From positions 3,005,425 to 3,069,424 of the forward strand of contig NC_068988.1 of the NCBI RefSeq assembly GCF_001194135.2: a DNA stretch of 64,000 bases, given 5' to 3'. Position 1 is the stretch's first letter. Each line of letters opens with the position of its first letter. Source of the DNA: Octopus bimaculoides (Eukaryota). Below, piece after piece: positions 23,031 through 37,717 of this stretch. The position numbers and the translations under genes were made by a program. The notes beneath the pieces were generated by a model. The model was not told where the DNA came from. It did not search any database and saw only the letters and a program-made list of their open reading frames with translations.

Positions 23031-24824
23031 CAGCCAGAAGGTCATTGCTTTATGTCATCTTCGTATGGTGGGTGTTGATATTAGAGTCACAAGCTGTCAG
23101 TTCCAGATAATTTCCTCAATTTTTACATTTTTCTGTCGAGTAGTTTTCTGCCAATTACAATTTTTTTTATTTGAAATATGTATGTGTTTATGTATTCTGG
23201 GTACAGAGCTGAGCACATACCGTAGTTATCTCCCTTCTGATCAGGGCTGATGGCGGTTAAGTTAATGTGAAGTTATTGACATATTGTAAATAGATAGCAC
23301 AATCAATTCAGCTTATTGACAGGATAAGAACCAAAACCTAAAAATATGTCAGCCATCTTGCTGATGATGTAAACTCGTATGTTTTCTAGGATATTCAAGC
23401 TCAGTCAGTGTCATCACACATATCTGAGAGGATGATGTACGAAATGAGATATATTTAGTTTTTAGAGGAAATTCCAGGCTTAAAGTTGCATGTTGTTTCC
23501 TGTAAAAAAAATATATATACTTGGTTATGTTGTGTAGAAGGGGAAAAGAGAATTTTGTTGTAAGATTTCATGTTATTTAGTGATGTAATCTTTGAGTTAA
23601 TGATTTCCTGGATCCTGCAGGTCAATTTGGCCACAACTTAACTTCAGTTTATAAAGTGCTAAGCAAATGAGAGACAAATCTTGCTACACCATACATATGA
23701 GGTAAAACTTATCGCAAGAATTTTTCAAAGGATTTCTGATGTCTTCTTCTTCCTGAAGCTACATAAACATAGAATAAAGAAATAAAAGCCCGGAGATACA
23801 GCAAATAGCTTGTTGTGGTTAAAAAAAATTGTTTACCAAACAAGAGTTCAATAACTTATCTAAAATCTTAGAATAGTTGCTCGAAATAAAAATGATATTC
23901 TTTCCTACAAAAATGCAGAAACTAAGATCATTAAGAGATGATAATGTGATGTTATGCAGTTTAAAATAGTTAAACGGAAGAGAATTAGGATCAGTTACTG
24001 ATAAAAGCTGAATCTTCACTTCATGAAAATTCACTTTTATACTTTCAAGTGAGTTAAAATTTAATTAAAAATTATTCTTTTCTTGACTAACTGCTAAGTC
24101 TTTATAGATTTTGAAGAAATCACTTAGTGGGAAATTTTTGCCTTATTCAAGAATATTATTGTGTGACCCAATCTAAACATAATTTCTAACCTCCACACAC
24201 CTGGAGCTTTCTCCTTGCTTAACTACATTCGCCAAAGATTAATTAAGCCATGAAATATTAGCTTCAAAGTAATTAAAATATATTAGATTGACCACATTGT
24301 TAATGATGTTTAATTTACTTCTGTTTAAACATTTTAGGAACTTTGCTTAAATCAAGAGAGATTAAAATCATTTATTTCTAGCTTTGTGAAACAAATTTCA
24401 TTCCACTTCGTTGACTAAAAAAGAAGTAAACAATTCATCAAATCTCCTACATTATTCTCTCAATGCAAACAGAAAATTTAATTTATAATTCAATAACAAT
24501 AAGCTGGTGATTTCATCTATATCAACTGCTTACTGTTGTCTCATATATTGTGAACTGCATACTGTTGATTGCTCTTATGCCTTTGTGAAATGAGTATCAT
24601 TTTCAATGCAGAGACACAGTTTGCGCATGGTTTATCTCGTTTTCCATGTCCCTCAACACAACATAATGTTTATTACAATGACATAACATCACAACTTTAT
24701 ATAATGATGCAAATGCCAGAAAGTGAAAATTAAAGTAGCATCCCATGATGCAGCATTCTCGAACTGTTGTTGAAAAATAGAAGAAAAAATATTGATTTCT
24801 AATTTTTAAACAATGCCAGCAATA

Positions 24825-25026
24825 TTGGAGTGTGGGGACGAGGGACGAGGGGTGGCTAGTTGATTACATCAACCCCAGTGTTCAAACAGCACTTATTTTT
24901 TGGACTCCAAAAGGATGAAAGGCAAAGTCGACCTCAGTAGAATTTGATCTCAGAAAGTAAAGACCGATCAAATGCTGCTAAGTACTTTACCCAGCCTGCT
25001 AGCGATTCTGACAGCTTTGCCACCTT
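24825..25026 (-). mobile_element. SINE S2
   Basis: Reverse complement of the S2 motifs (GGATGAAAGGCAAAGTCGACCTC...TTTGATCTCAGAA). Confidence 0.85.
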
Positions 25027-25174
25027 AGAAGCAGAAAATAGATGTTATAAAGCATTTTGTTTGGTATTTTATCATTTTTGTCACTGTAAAGATAAAGGAT
25101 AATATATGTGTGTGTGTATATGTGTAACAATGTATATAGACAGGCAGAGAAATAAACAGAGAGCTATACACATA

Positions 25175-25229
<55 letters not shown>

Positions 25230-25681
25230 AACACGATTTCTCAAATGAATGATTGTTGTAAACTCTCTTGCAAATCTGACCGAGTTAGACATTTTGAAAA
25301 TAAATAATCGTTAGTGTCGATGTGCTGGCATGAATCTTCTAACTAGCCAGCTAACCAAATACTTAATCTAGTACAACCAACGGACTCCTATTACTGAGGA
25401 GGATAGAGAGTACACGGTTGTTTTAGTCTTTTATCTTCATGGAACATTTATCCAGTCCGGCAATAAATAGCTGCTGACTACAAAAATAGTATTGATGAAG
25501 TGGTTTAGTTTTACAAAGGATTTAAACATACACACAGATGTGTATGTAAATATTTGGAGAGGTGTATGTAAATTTGTAGCTGGATTGTGTAACGTAAAAT
25601 TGTAATCTCACTTAAAGGTGTCGTAAACACACAATATTTTCTTCCTATTATTTTCTGGAATTATTTAAATGCTATTGCTAT

Positions 25682-26278
25682 AGGTATGTGTGTATGTATG
25701 TATGTATGTATGTATGTATGTATGTATATGTGTGTATGTATGTATGTATGCGTGTATGTATGTATGTATGTGTGTATGCGTATGTATGTATATCTGTATG
25801 TAAGTGTATGCATGTGTATGTGTACATATGTATGTGTATGTATGTATATATGTATGTATGTATGTATGTGTACGTATGTGCATGTGTGTATGTATGTGTA
25901 TGTATGGTGCATATATGTACGTATGTGCATGTATGTATATATGCATGTGTGTATGTATGTATGAGTGTGTGTATGCATATATGCATGTGTGTATGTATGT
26001 AAGCATGTATGTATACATATGTATGCAAATATGCATATATAAGTATGTATATGTTTATGTATATGCATGTATATATGAATGCATACATACATATATATAA
26101 GTATGTACATGTGTTTAAATGTATATATATATATTTGTTTGTGTGTGTATATTTGTGTTTATCTATGTGTGTCTGTAAGTGTATATGTAAGTATATATGC
26201 ATGTGCATCTGTAAGTATACACGTGTGTGTCCCTCCATAAGTATGTACTTGGACATGTGTGCATGTGTATTACTTTGT
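25682..26278. repeat. Complex (TATG)n/(TG)n low-complexity tract
   Basis: Read directly; explains the H/T/Y/I and V/C/M ORFs. Confidence 0.95.
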
Positions 26279-26663
26279 GATTGATTGCCTCTGAACTCTA
26301 CATTTGACACAGTTATAAAGCATTTTCTTTGGAACCCATTCCTTTGAAACACTCAAATCAACAATGACAAAGAGGAAATGCTTGCGACATATACTTCATG
26401 ATGTAAATGACAACTCTTCAAACTTCATACAAACATTAAGATTTGAGAAATGGAATATGCCAAACTCAAAATTCTCTTTAATAGCAAACATTCAAATAGA
26501 AAATATGGATATGAATTTTGCATGGCTGTCACTGTAAACTTGCTATTGAGGTAGGTTGTGAATGGGACCGGAAATATTTAAACTCTGAACATACATACAC
26601 ACACACATGCATGCATGCATGCATGTATGTATGTATGTATGTATGTATGTATGTGTGTGTGTA

Positions 26664-26704
<41 letters not shown>

Positions 26705-27619
26705 GCAAATATGGAACATGGATTTTAAATGATGAAAAATGATGATGATGATGATGTAGATATNNNNNNNNNNNNNNNNNNNNNNNNNNNNNNNNNNNNN
26801 NNNNNNNNNNNNNNNATATATATATATATATATATATATAATATACATGATATATATATAATATATATGTATATACATACATACATACATATATATGTAT
26901 GTATTTGTATATATATATATATGTGCATGTGTAGATAGATAGATGCACACATACACATTTTTACACATGTATGTGTGTGTGTGTGTGTGTGTATGTGTCT
27001 GTGTGTAATGCTTTAGTTGGGCATGTGTATATATGTGTGCATGATGGAATCAATTTCTTGGCCCTTCATGGTCAAACGTATTCTTCAATGACAAGCCCTT
27101 AGACTCCCAGGAGACTTCTGCTCATTACAACTGCTGCTCTATTCCAAAACTGCCATCATGTCACTGAGACAAGCTGTATTTGTACTTATTTTAAACTTAA
27201 TTCACCTTCTCTGTTCAGTTCTACTAAAAGATTAACCAAATAATTCAGAAGATTAAGTCAACTTCAATTACACTAATCCTCTCTGCAAATCCAAATATTA
27301 AAAAAAAAAAATTATTAGGGTTACACCTGATCTATGCAGCTGATATGTATAGTAGTAGCCCTATACTATTCAAGGGTGATCTTACCTGCCTTACCTTAGT
27401 CAATAATTTCTGAATTAGAAATCAAAATATATCATGGAAGACATTTATGAGTAGAGAAATAGGTGGTGGGGGAGAAAGAGTGAGAAAGAGTGAGAAAGAG
27501 AGAGTGAGGGAAAGAGAGAGAGAGGGAGAGAACAAGAAATGTGTGTCAAAATGGAATATCAAAGGAATAATATAATCCATTTCCTTGTCTCCACCACTTC
27601 AAATACTATCCTTGATATA

Positions 27620-27836
27620 CGAGGGGGTATTGAAAAGTTCCTGGCTTTGGGTAAAAGAAAATACAGGAGGATCAGTTAATTATGATTTTATTCAACATAT
27701 TCCCTTCTCAGATTCACACACTTATTGCAGGGGTCCTTCAGTTTTTCTAAGCCCTGTAAAAGAACTCCGAAGGTTGGGCCTCCAGCCAGGCCTTTCGTGA
27801 TACCCTTAAAGCCAGGAACTTTTCAGCACCCCCTCA
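27620..27836. mobile_element. mariner-type MITE, 217 bp, about 28-bp TIRs, TA TSD
   Basis: TA|CGAGGGGGTATTGAAAAGTTCCTGGCTTT ... AAAGCCAGGAACTTTTCAGCACCCCCTCA|TA. Confidence 0.9.
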
Positions 27837-29543
27837 TATATGAAACTGACCATCTCTCTTAGCTTCTTCCTTCTCTTCCCTCCAAACCCATTGTTTCTCA
27901 TTCCTATTACAGCATTCTTCTACATCTTTATTGAAATTCTTTCAACTCTGCTGGGTCATGCAACAAGTGTTCAGACATCTTTAGACCTGAGTATATAAAC
28001 TGGAAAATTATTTACTAAACCACAGTCATCATGGATGAGTTGTCAAGGGAACATCGATGCAAGGATTTGCCCCGATAGAAACAGCAACCAAGTCTTCCTC
28101 AAATCATATCCTACTATCCTAAAAAATAAACACACTGGATAATGCAGTCCTAAATAAATTGTTTGAATAAAAGATAAGACAGTCATTAGTCTACTTAATC
28201 AAGGATGACCTGGGGTTAAACAACATAAGCAATCACTGGATCAAATAGTTGTTGATATACTACGGTATGAAGTAGATGAAGAATAAACTCATGAAGCTGA
28301 ACCTTTCAGGTGAAATGACAAAGATCCAAGATACCTGATGCTTGGCTCTATTCAAGAAGACCTGTACCCCACCGAAGAAGTGTTAGGACCGGTCCCTCTG
28401 GTGATGAAAGACACTCATGGCAGTGCCATGTAAAAGCACCCAGCACTTTCTGTAAAGTGGTTGGCATTAGGAAGGGCATCCATCCATAGAAAACCACGCT
28501 AAATCAGACTGGAATCTGATGCAGTACCCATTTTAGAGAGTATACTGGGAGCTTTTTAAGTAGCATCAACATGTAAAAAATTTATATTAGTATATGGGAT
28601 TTTTGTTGGGTTTCAATAATGGATCTCAGCATTTTCAACAAAGCCAGAAAAACATTCTTGCTTATGTTTTTTGGTTGAAAGTTCTAAAACTGACAAGACG
28701 TGTGAAAATCACAAGACCAAGGAGACTCTTCCTATTTCAGCTCCATTCAAATCAGCTGATTCTGCAATGGTACCCTAACCTTTAACTAGTTTAGTAGCTG
28801 ATGTCATGCAATCTGTGCAAAATGATTCTTGGACTAAACTTGATTTATCTGGATTAGAATATGATGCCATGCCAACTGAAACTAACTATGTATTATCCAA
28901 TGCAACAGGATAAATAAAAACAGGATTTCTGTGCTTCATGGTTCAGTAGTAGCCATTCGTTAGAGTTTCCAGTTCTTTACATGGTTACATCTTGTTTCAG
29001 TTGCCATGGTTTTTATACCACTCCAAATACTGGTAATCATTTTAACATTCAAAGATTTACTAACTAACACAATGCTTTGTCAAAAGCAAGGAATTTTAGC
29101 AGGAATGATAATTCTATCGCATACAGAAATGCAATGAAATTTGGGAGAGAAAGTCAGAAAAGCAGGATAACAAATCAGAATACATCTTCAATGGTAGGTG
29201 AAGATCAATTGTAAATGATCAATACTAAACACCATACATTATGGACAAGAGACAGTTTTTGTACAATAATGAACTTGAGCTTCCTCACCTGTTTCCATAA
29301 TGACAATCACAATGGATTTTCTGGTCATTTTCCACAGTATTTTCAATGTACTCTCACAAAAGACTCCAAATTAAGAAGAATGCATTTGTCCCTTGGCCTA
29401 CACAGCAGATTCATTTCCTAAGTCACTGGACAAATGGAATTCCTGTAAATCAAGTGAGATACATTTTAATAAAAGAAACATTCAAAATATAGAAAGACAG
29501 TTATAGAAATAGGGATAAAAATATGATTACCATGTTTGTACTG

Positions 29544-29575
<32 letters not shown>

Positions 29576-29649
29576 ATATGTATTTATATTTATAGTCATA
29601 TATGTATGTATGTTTGTGTACATGTCATATGTGTATAATTATGTGTGTG

Positions 29650-29680
<31 letters not shown>

Positions 29681-30049
29681 ATATATATGTATATATAACA
29701 AATTAAAGACAGAAGATGGAATATACAAGAATGTATTATTAATAACAACAATTGTTTCAACACATCTAGCATCGACTCCTCCTGTGGGACACTCAACAAC
29801 TGGTTCAGGAGTATCCGGTGGTGCAGACATATCTTGTTGGGGGATAAATAACTAAAAAAAAAACTCGTTAAAATGACTGTTCCATAATGCAACTTTTTGT
29901 TTTGTAGAGAGTAAAATAGCCAGACAGAGGAAAATTCTTCATATATATAGAAGATTCAAAAATAAAATTGCAGAAGACAAAAAGAGAAACGAACACTTAA
30001 TCCAGTGAGAAAAGTATAGAAAATAAACGTTAACAGATATGGATGTATA

Positions 30050-31215
30050 AACACCCTTGGGTATGCTGTTAGTGGAGAAATGGATAGAAAAAATGACTGA
30101 GGTATACAGAATAGGTGTTAGGATAATTAAGATGAAACTAGTTATAAGTAACTCAACAGTAATTTCTGCATATACCCCACAGGTGGGGTAAACAGGAGTA
30201 CAAAAGGACCACTTCTACAAGACCCTTCTATAGATTAAATGCAACAATGATTGACAGCAACTTTAGTATTTTGGCCGACAACTTCAGAGGTGATGCTGGC
30301 CAACACACTAATGACTTCCACAACATCCATGGAGGTTATGGAGAGGTGCTTGGAGATTTGTGATGTAACTTAACAAACAATTTGGAACACACACTTTAGG
30401 AAACCAACCAATCACCCCATCAGTTGTTAATCTGGCATGCACACACAAGTCAGGTACATTACGTTTGCACCAGGAAAACGGACAGAAGGGCTATTTTGAA
30501 TGCCAACAATTTTTTTGAGAAAGAATGCATTACACAACATAGATTAGTGATTGATGACTTCAGAGTCAGAGCTAGGAATTCCCTGAAACGATTGATGACA
30601 TGGTGAATGAAAGTATGGAAACTAAAAGATCCCGCAAACGGGAAGAGATTTAGAGAAGTCTAGACATACATAACTGTCGGGAGGCAGCTTTAGATACTTG
30701 AAAACTAAATTTTTACGAGTCCTGGCCAAGCTGAAAGTAATATGGTGGTGGAACAACGCGATTGATGGGGCAGTAAAGACTGGAAAACTTGGAAGGAAGG
30801 TGGTAGTAGAGAGTGTTACTAAATGACCGGAAGGGCAGCTAAGTAACAAATATGTTTGACTATGTGCAAAGCAGAGAGGAAGAGATTTGTGAATGTCTTG
30901 TTACATGAGGATTAGAGGTGTGAGATGTTTAGAATCACAAGACAATGTGTAAAAGAGAATCATCATTGCCAGAGAAACAGGAGACAAGAAAATGATGAGC
31001 AAGTGGAGAATGCTTGGAATAAAGAGATGCTACCTTATATTGACTCTCCAGAAGGACCAGTAATTCAAGTTGGCAGCAGTTTAATAGATAAGGCAATCAA
31101 GGAATATGAAGAGAAGGAAAGCTGCAAGCCCATCCGTGATAGTTGTGGAGATACTCAAAATATCCGGGGAGGTGGTGTACATGATTACTAGCTGAACATT
31201 TCCAACAAAATACTA
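30050..31215 (+). mobile_element. Decayed RTE-clade LINE, APE endonuclease to start of RT
   Basis: RIIKMKLV...VISAYTPQVG...NTHFRKP...QHRLVI.DFRV...VWKLKDPAN (APE), then KAIK..KAASPSVIVVEILKISGEV (RT region 0); many stops. Confidence 0.8.
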
Positions 31216-31699
31216 AAAGATAAAACTGACATAGAAAATATTATTTTCGAGTGTCAAAGAAATGAAATAAATTAAATTGAAACAACAAAGTGATATTTCT
31301 AAACAATTACATAAAAGTTAAAATAAATTATTGACCAAAACCAAAACTGAACTAAAGTGAAACATTGCAAACTGAACACCATGTAAAGTGAGAATATTCT
31401 GCTTCTTCATACATATCAAAGAATGTCTGGTATATATCTGCTCTGTTGCAAAATGAAATGACACACTTACAAAATATGTTGTCTAGAATCAAATGAATGA
31501 TAGCATTTGACAATGAAGTATCCCATTTTTTTAATATTCCATTGAACTTGTAGTTTTGTTGATGTTTAGAAGTTCTCAGTCATTTTAAGGTTTGTAAAAT
31601 GGAGAGTTGTGTTAGAGGGCATGGTAGCTTTACATGTTGATAACTTGGTTAATAATAATGTCAAAGAGCTGAAGATACTGCAGTGAACCTGGGAAATAT

Positions 31700-32810
31700 T
31701 TTATCTCATTCTGTGCAGGCATTTCAGTACTGTTTGGCTCCACCAGTGGCATCTCTGAAATAATGCATCAAAAAATTGGAAAAGAAATCTGGTATGTACA
31801 CTGCTTTGATGAACAATGAAGTTTGTTATGTATGCAGTTGAAGAAAGTAGTAAGGTTGATTTTAAGTTTTTAGCCAATCAAAGCATTTTATAACTTTCTG
31901 TGCAGACTAAAGTTGTCTGTGCTTTACATATTTGAAACATTTGTGGCAAAAACAGTGGTCAGCATATCTAGCAGTTGTGAGATCCATATTTTCCAATTAT
32001 GAACATAATGCAAGAGCTTTTGGATGAGGAATATGATAGTTCTGATATAAACAGCAGAATAAAAGCAACACAACTGGTATTTTGAAACCAATTACTAGCC
32101 TTTGTTATCTTTGTTGCCGTTCTTCTTGAAGACATGATGCTGAAAGTTCTTTGTGCAACAAATTTTTACAAAGTTATGGCAGTGATTCGTCTGAAAATAT
32201 TGAAAGAGACGAGAATAAGAGAAGAAAATTGAAGAGCATCCACTCAGAGGTTAATAATTTTAATTTAGGAGAAGATTATTCTGTTCTTCAATCCTTGTAA
32301 AGAATTTCTGAACACAAACAAAAGCATTTATTTCAATGCAAAGACAGAACTTCTGACAACAAGAATGAACTTTTTAACCTTATCTACAACAATATTTTTG
32401 ATAACTGTATTGGAGAACATTAAAATTACTTTAATGAACAAAGCACGAGGATAGAAACATTGTCTCCAGAATCAGAAGCATTTTTACAAGTTTTAAATTT
32501 ATTTCTTATTTGTGAAGTTGTTAACATAAACTACTTGGACAGCTCATTTCACAATGAATTATGCTTTGCCAAACATTACATTTTACAAAACATTTCTCCT
32601 AAGAAGCTGTCAAATATCTGTTCTTCACTACTTCTCTTTCCGACTGCTTTTCCAGTTATCTACAAACTGTACACTGTATCCTCTATATTCACTATGAACA
32701 TTGTTTTATGAGAATCACCTTTCTCTGCCTTGAATCATATACTTGCACCGTGTTTATGCTCTGTGATGCAAGATAATCTCTGCATTTAGGGATAACTACA
32801 CAAGGAAACA
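31700..32810 (+). mobile_element. Decayed hAT-superfamily transposase fragment
   Basis: IWYVHCFDEQ (YVHC.AH-like); FPVIYKLYTV...ESPFSALNHI...MQD (hAT C-terminal dimerisation motif, CE.SFSAL type); ORF 32460..32711. Confidence 0.6.
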
Positions 32811-33670
32811 AAACATAGAAAGGATTTTTAAAACCCTTTCTATATTCTATACTTTAAAAGGCTGACCAATGCCTTGTGAGTGAATTTGGTAGATGATGAC
32901 CATGTGAAAGCCTGCCGTGCACGTGTGTGTGCGTGCGTGCATGCATATTTATGCATGTATATTTTTGTGTTTGTCCCTCACTATCACTTTACAACTTGTG
33001 TTGGTTTGTTGACATCCTTGTATCTTGGCACTTTGACAAACGAAATTGTTAGAATAAGCACCAGATGTAAAAACAATTACTGAGGTTGATTTGTTCGACT
33101 AAGCTCTTTATAGCAGTGCTCCAGCTTAGCCACAGTCCAATGGCAGAAAGAAGTAAAAAAAAAACATAAAAAAGTTTTTGTTTTATGGTTAGAAGATTAC
33201 AATAATGCTAAGCTATTTCTTATAAATGTAATATTTATGTTAGTTATCAGTATTGAAATTGGTTTTCAATAATTTTATAGATTTTGTAAATTTTCAATAT
33301 CAGAAAAAATTTTAGTTGTTTTAAAATGGTTGGTTTAGATGAAGGAAAGACTTGAGAGTTTGTTCATGTATTGATTAAAATAATGGCATTATAAATTTTA
33401 AAAGTGATACAATAATAAATGTAAATAAAAAAAAATTAATATACTTTAAAGTTTTAGAATAATTTAGAATTAAAGTAGCCAGCCATAAAGTTTTGACCCC
33501 ACCCCCTACCAGTGCCAAATTCTGGTAATGGAACTAAAGTTGCCAATACAAGAACTAGCTAGTGATGCTAAAACTATGATGTTGTTTAAATAATGAATAG
33601 AATACAATGTCAATATCTGGAAAGGAAAGGATTTACCTGATCGAATAAACCTCAGTATATAACTGGTACT

Positions 33671-33988
33671 CCAAGGGCTATAATGATGAGTGTTCCAGTT
33701 GATCCAATCAAAGGAACAGCTTGGTTGTGAAATTAACGGGCAAGTGGCTGAACACTCCACAGACACATGTATCCTTAATGTAATTCTCAGGGAGATTCAG
33801 CTTGATACAAAATATGACAAGGCTGGCCCCTTGGAATTGCAGGTTCAACTCATTTTTACCAGAAAAGTGGACTGGAGCTATGTGAAATAAAGTGTCTTGC
33901 TCAAGGACACAACACACTGCTGGAAATTAATCTCACAACCTTACCATTGAGAGCTGAATACTCTAACCATTAAGCTATGTACCTGCAC
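33671..33988 (-). mobile_element. tRNA-like SINE family S4 with 23-bp target-site duplication
   Basis: Head TAGCTTAATGGTTAGAG...TGTGTCCTTGAGCAAGACAC; flanks AACCTCAGTATATAAC(T/C)GGTACT at 33648-33670 and 33989-34011. Confidence 0.9.
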
Positions 33989-34771
33989 AACCTCAGTATA
34001 TAACCGGTACTTGATGATTAATTACTTTGTTCTATAAGAGTTGAATGACAAAGTAATTTTTGACAGGATTTGAAAATAATAATTTCAAGGAAGACCAAAC
34101 TATTTCCTGTTAGACATTTAGCTAAATGCTCAGCAATTTATACCTTTTCTCCTTGTCCAAGAATACTGACCCCCATGGTCAAACATTACTACTGCAACTG
34201 TAACTGCTGTACTGCCTGAGTCACTGTGCTGGAAGACCCCCACCCCTAGGTGCAGACCTGGGTAAGATTTTCTTGTACAAGACCAACAATTGCCAATGCA
34301 GGTAAGTTTCTCCGCTCCACATGCCACAAATGTTGCCTAAGAGAATGGCAAAGTCAGACTGGTTTGATGTTAGAGTCATTGCAGAAATTGTCTTTGGTAC
34401 ACAGAGAGTTGGAATACATACTGCAAGGAATACATTCTGTCAGGAATTCATGCTTCAAGGAATTTTATCTGATGCCCAAATAACTCTGCTAGTCCACTGC
34501 TCTGGTTTACTACTTATATATATTAATCATGAAAGGACAAAAGCAAAGCTGACCTTGGCAATATTTGAACTCAGAATGTAGACAGCCAGAACATATACCA
34601 AAAGATATTATCGTATTTGTTGTTCTGACTTCTCACCTTGTTATAGGCATCCAAGAGATGGTGAATAACAGAATTGTTTGAGCTGAGGACAGGATACATT
34701 GTGGTATGTATCCTAACTCTTTACAATCAAATGGTAACCCTTCAAAGGGAACTGGCACCAAACTATATCAG

Positions 34772-34948
34772 TCATCATCATCATCATCATCATCGTTTAA
34801 CGTCCGCTTTCCATGCTAGCATGGGTTGGACGATTTGACTGAGGCCTGGTGAAACCGGATGGCAACACCAGCCAACAATCTGATCTGGCAGAGTTTCTAC
34901 AGCTGGATGCCCTTCCTAACGCCAACCACTCCAAGAGTGTAGTGGGTG
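34772..34948 (-). mobile_element. RTE 3'-end retroposon with (GAT)n tail
   Basis: Near-identical to 50958-51120. Confidence 0.9.
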
Positions 34949-35113
34949 ACCTTTAAATATAACTTTGATGCTGTAGAGAGAAGGCATTTGCATGTATAAA
35001 CAACTGTTAATCTCCAACAAAAACAAGGCTATTTGGGATGGTCACTTGGAGAGTAGTCTTTTTGTTCAAATATTTAGGCCATGTTTAATCGATGACTAAG
35101 TCCACTGCTATAG

Positions 35114-35488
35114 ACACAGGAGTGGCTGTGTGGTAAGTAGCTTGCTTCCTAACCACATGGTTCTGGGTTCAGTCCCACTGCATGACACCTTGGGCCAGTG
35201 TCTTCTGCTATAGCCTCAGGATGACCAAATCCTTGTGAGTGGATTTGGTAGACGGAAACTGAAAGCAGCCCATCGTATATGTGTGTGTGTGTGTTTGTCT
35301 CCCCACCATCGCTTGACAATCAATGTCGGTGTGATTACGTCCCCATAACTTAGCAGTTTGGCAAAAGAGACCAATAGAATAAGTACTAGGCTTACAAAGA
35401 ATAAGTCCTGGGGTTGATTTGTTCGACTAAAGGTGGTGCTCCAGCATGGCCACAGTGAAACGACCGAAACAAATAAAAGAATAAAAGA
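35114..35488 (+). mobile_element. SINE S1, full length
   Basis: Complete head, internal (TG)n and GAATAAAA tail. Confidence 0.92.
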
Positions 35489-36725
35489 ACCAAAAAATAC
35501 TGTTGCAATAGTCCAAGCTCAGCTGTTGACCAGTCAAAACGGCTTTTCTCTTCCTAGATTATGACTGAGTATGTGGCTCTAAGAGAAAGAGCTGCAGAAA
35601 TAACTGTCTAAATTCACCAGACACAAAACAAAAAATTCTCATTTCACTCACTTGAGGAAGGGAAAGAAGAATATGAAAACAGTTTAAATAAATATATACA
35701 TAATCTAATGATACTCGTGGGTTAAGCTGAGATGTTTGTTGAGTTGTATCACAGGAAATAGTAAGCATACGAGTTAACATGAGCAACAATGTTGAAAATA
35801 ATTGACACCACACGCACACATATACATACATCTACATACACATCCGTACAGACAAACAGATTCATATGCGCAGTCACACACACATACAAATGAGATTTAA
35901 AAGCATAATTACTTGATTTTTTTTTTAGCTCACAAGGTTTTATTTATTTATTTATTCATTTATTTATTTATTGTATATTTATTTGTTTCTTAGACAACAA
36001 ACGAGTCTCGTAATTTCATTCTATAGAAAACACAATAAAAACATGAAAATGAAACAAAAGAAACAAGAAAAAAAACCCAAAGCTAGTGAAACAAAAAGCA
36101 TCTTGGTAGTTAATTGTTTTTTTAATAATAGATGGCCATGATGAATTGGTTTCTCGTCTTCACATGATTTCTAATAAATTAAAAATCTTCAGCTATTCAG
36201 AAACAAGTTTTGATAGTCAAGGCATTTTATTTATTAGCTTCATATAAAAATCTATACTACATACAAACAACTACACTCACACACATGTGTGTGTGCCTAT
36301 GCATATGAGTGAGTGTATGTGCATGTATGTGTGTGTGTATATATTTAGGTATATAATATACATACATATATATATATGTCCACAAACATATACATTCACA
36401 CAAATAGAAATATACATACATATGTATTACAAATTATTGTAGTTATACTATACATTTATATATATGTATATTTCTAATTAATTACAAACACGTTATAATT
36501 ATATTTTGTATAAATACTTAAAGCATGCATACATATGCATGCATACATACATACATGCATACGTACACATCCATACATATATATAAATATTTATACATAT
36601 GAGAAAATGTGTGTGTGTGTGTGTATTTGTGTATGTGTGTGGGTGTGTATTTGCAAGCCCAGAATATATCTGCAAAAAATGATGAAAGACAGTAAGAGAG
36701 AAGAAATAAGAGCTGAATATATATT

Positions 36726-36796
<71 letters not shown>

Positions 36797-37717
36797 CTGA
36801 ATATGCATATGTAGATGTATATATATACACGCACACAAACCATATATGGAGAATGTTGCGTATCTTCGTCACCGTCATTCATATAAAGGACAACAAACAG
36901 AAAACATTAGCCACAAAAAAACACAATACAACCAAACAAACATATAAGAGATAGCATAACAGGTTTATCAATAGTAACAAGATGGTTGCTAGTGTTAACT
37001 TTTGCATCTTTTTTGGTTTTCTTTTTGTTGCAACATTGTGTATTGTTAACTGGTAAATATAAATACAAAACAAAACTCGCTACCTACCTGATCCCCCTAC
37101 CCCCAATAATCCAAATCAATACAAAATACAAACAAGGAAAACAAACAATTAAAGAAGGAAGTAAACAAACAAACATAGCAGCAGTTATTAATCACAAAAC
37201 CATTCTTTATTTTTATAAATTGGCCTTAGTATTGTCATTGAAATTCTTGCTTTGCATTTTCAGTCTTCATTTTCAAAATGGCTTTCTTCAACCAGCTAAT
37301 TCTCATTTGCATTTTTTACTTGAAAATGTTTCTGTTTTCTTTCTCTTGTGAAGAAAGCAATTGAAATGGAAGAAGTATGACCACCTTCAGACATTAGATT
37401 TTCTGTGAGGGAATTCTTTGTTAATATGATATAGTGCTTAAGGAATAGCCATGATTTGGTACAAGGATTAGCTTGTTGAACTAACTGTCTTGTAGTATTT
37501 GGACTCGTCCCACTTCTTCCTGAGTTCCAATCTTCTCATGATTGACTGTGGAATTACCACTAGTCAAAATACTGTAAAGATTGGAGTCGACGGACACCTG
37601 TTGACCACAAAAGTATTTGGTCAATGGTGGGAAATGTATCTCAGTGTATTTTGACAATTGAATATGTGTTGTGTGATATGGAATGTCCGTCAAATTTATT
37701 AATGTCCTTGAAAAAAT

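Noticed and set aside
28630-28950. Long, nearly open plus-strand frame (STKPEKHSC...DSWTKLDLSGLEY)
   Set aside because: It has in-frame stops, no recognisable motif and weak splice sites. It may be a decayed TE ORF but cannot be assigned.
29290-29448. Minus-strand segment with strong acceptor and CAG|GTGAGG donor
   Set aside because: All three frames contain stops, so it can only be a non-coding exon and cannot be tested here.
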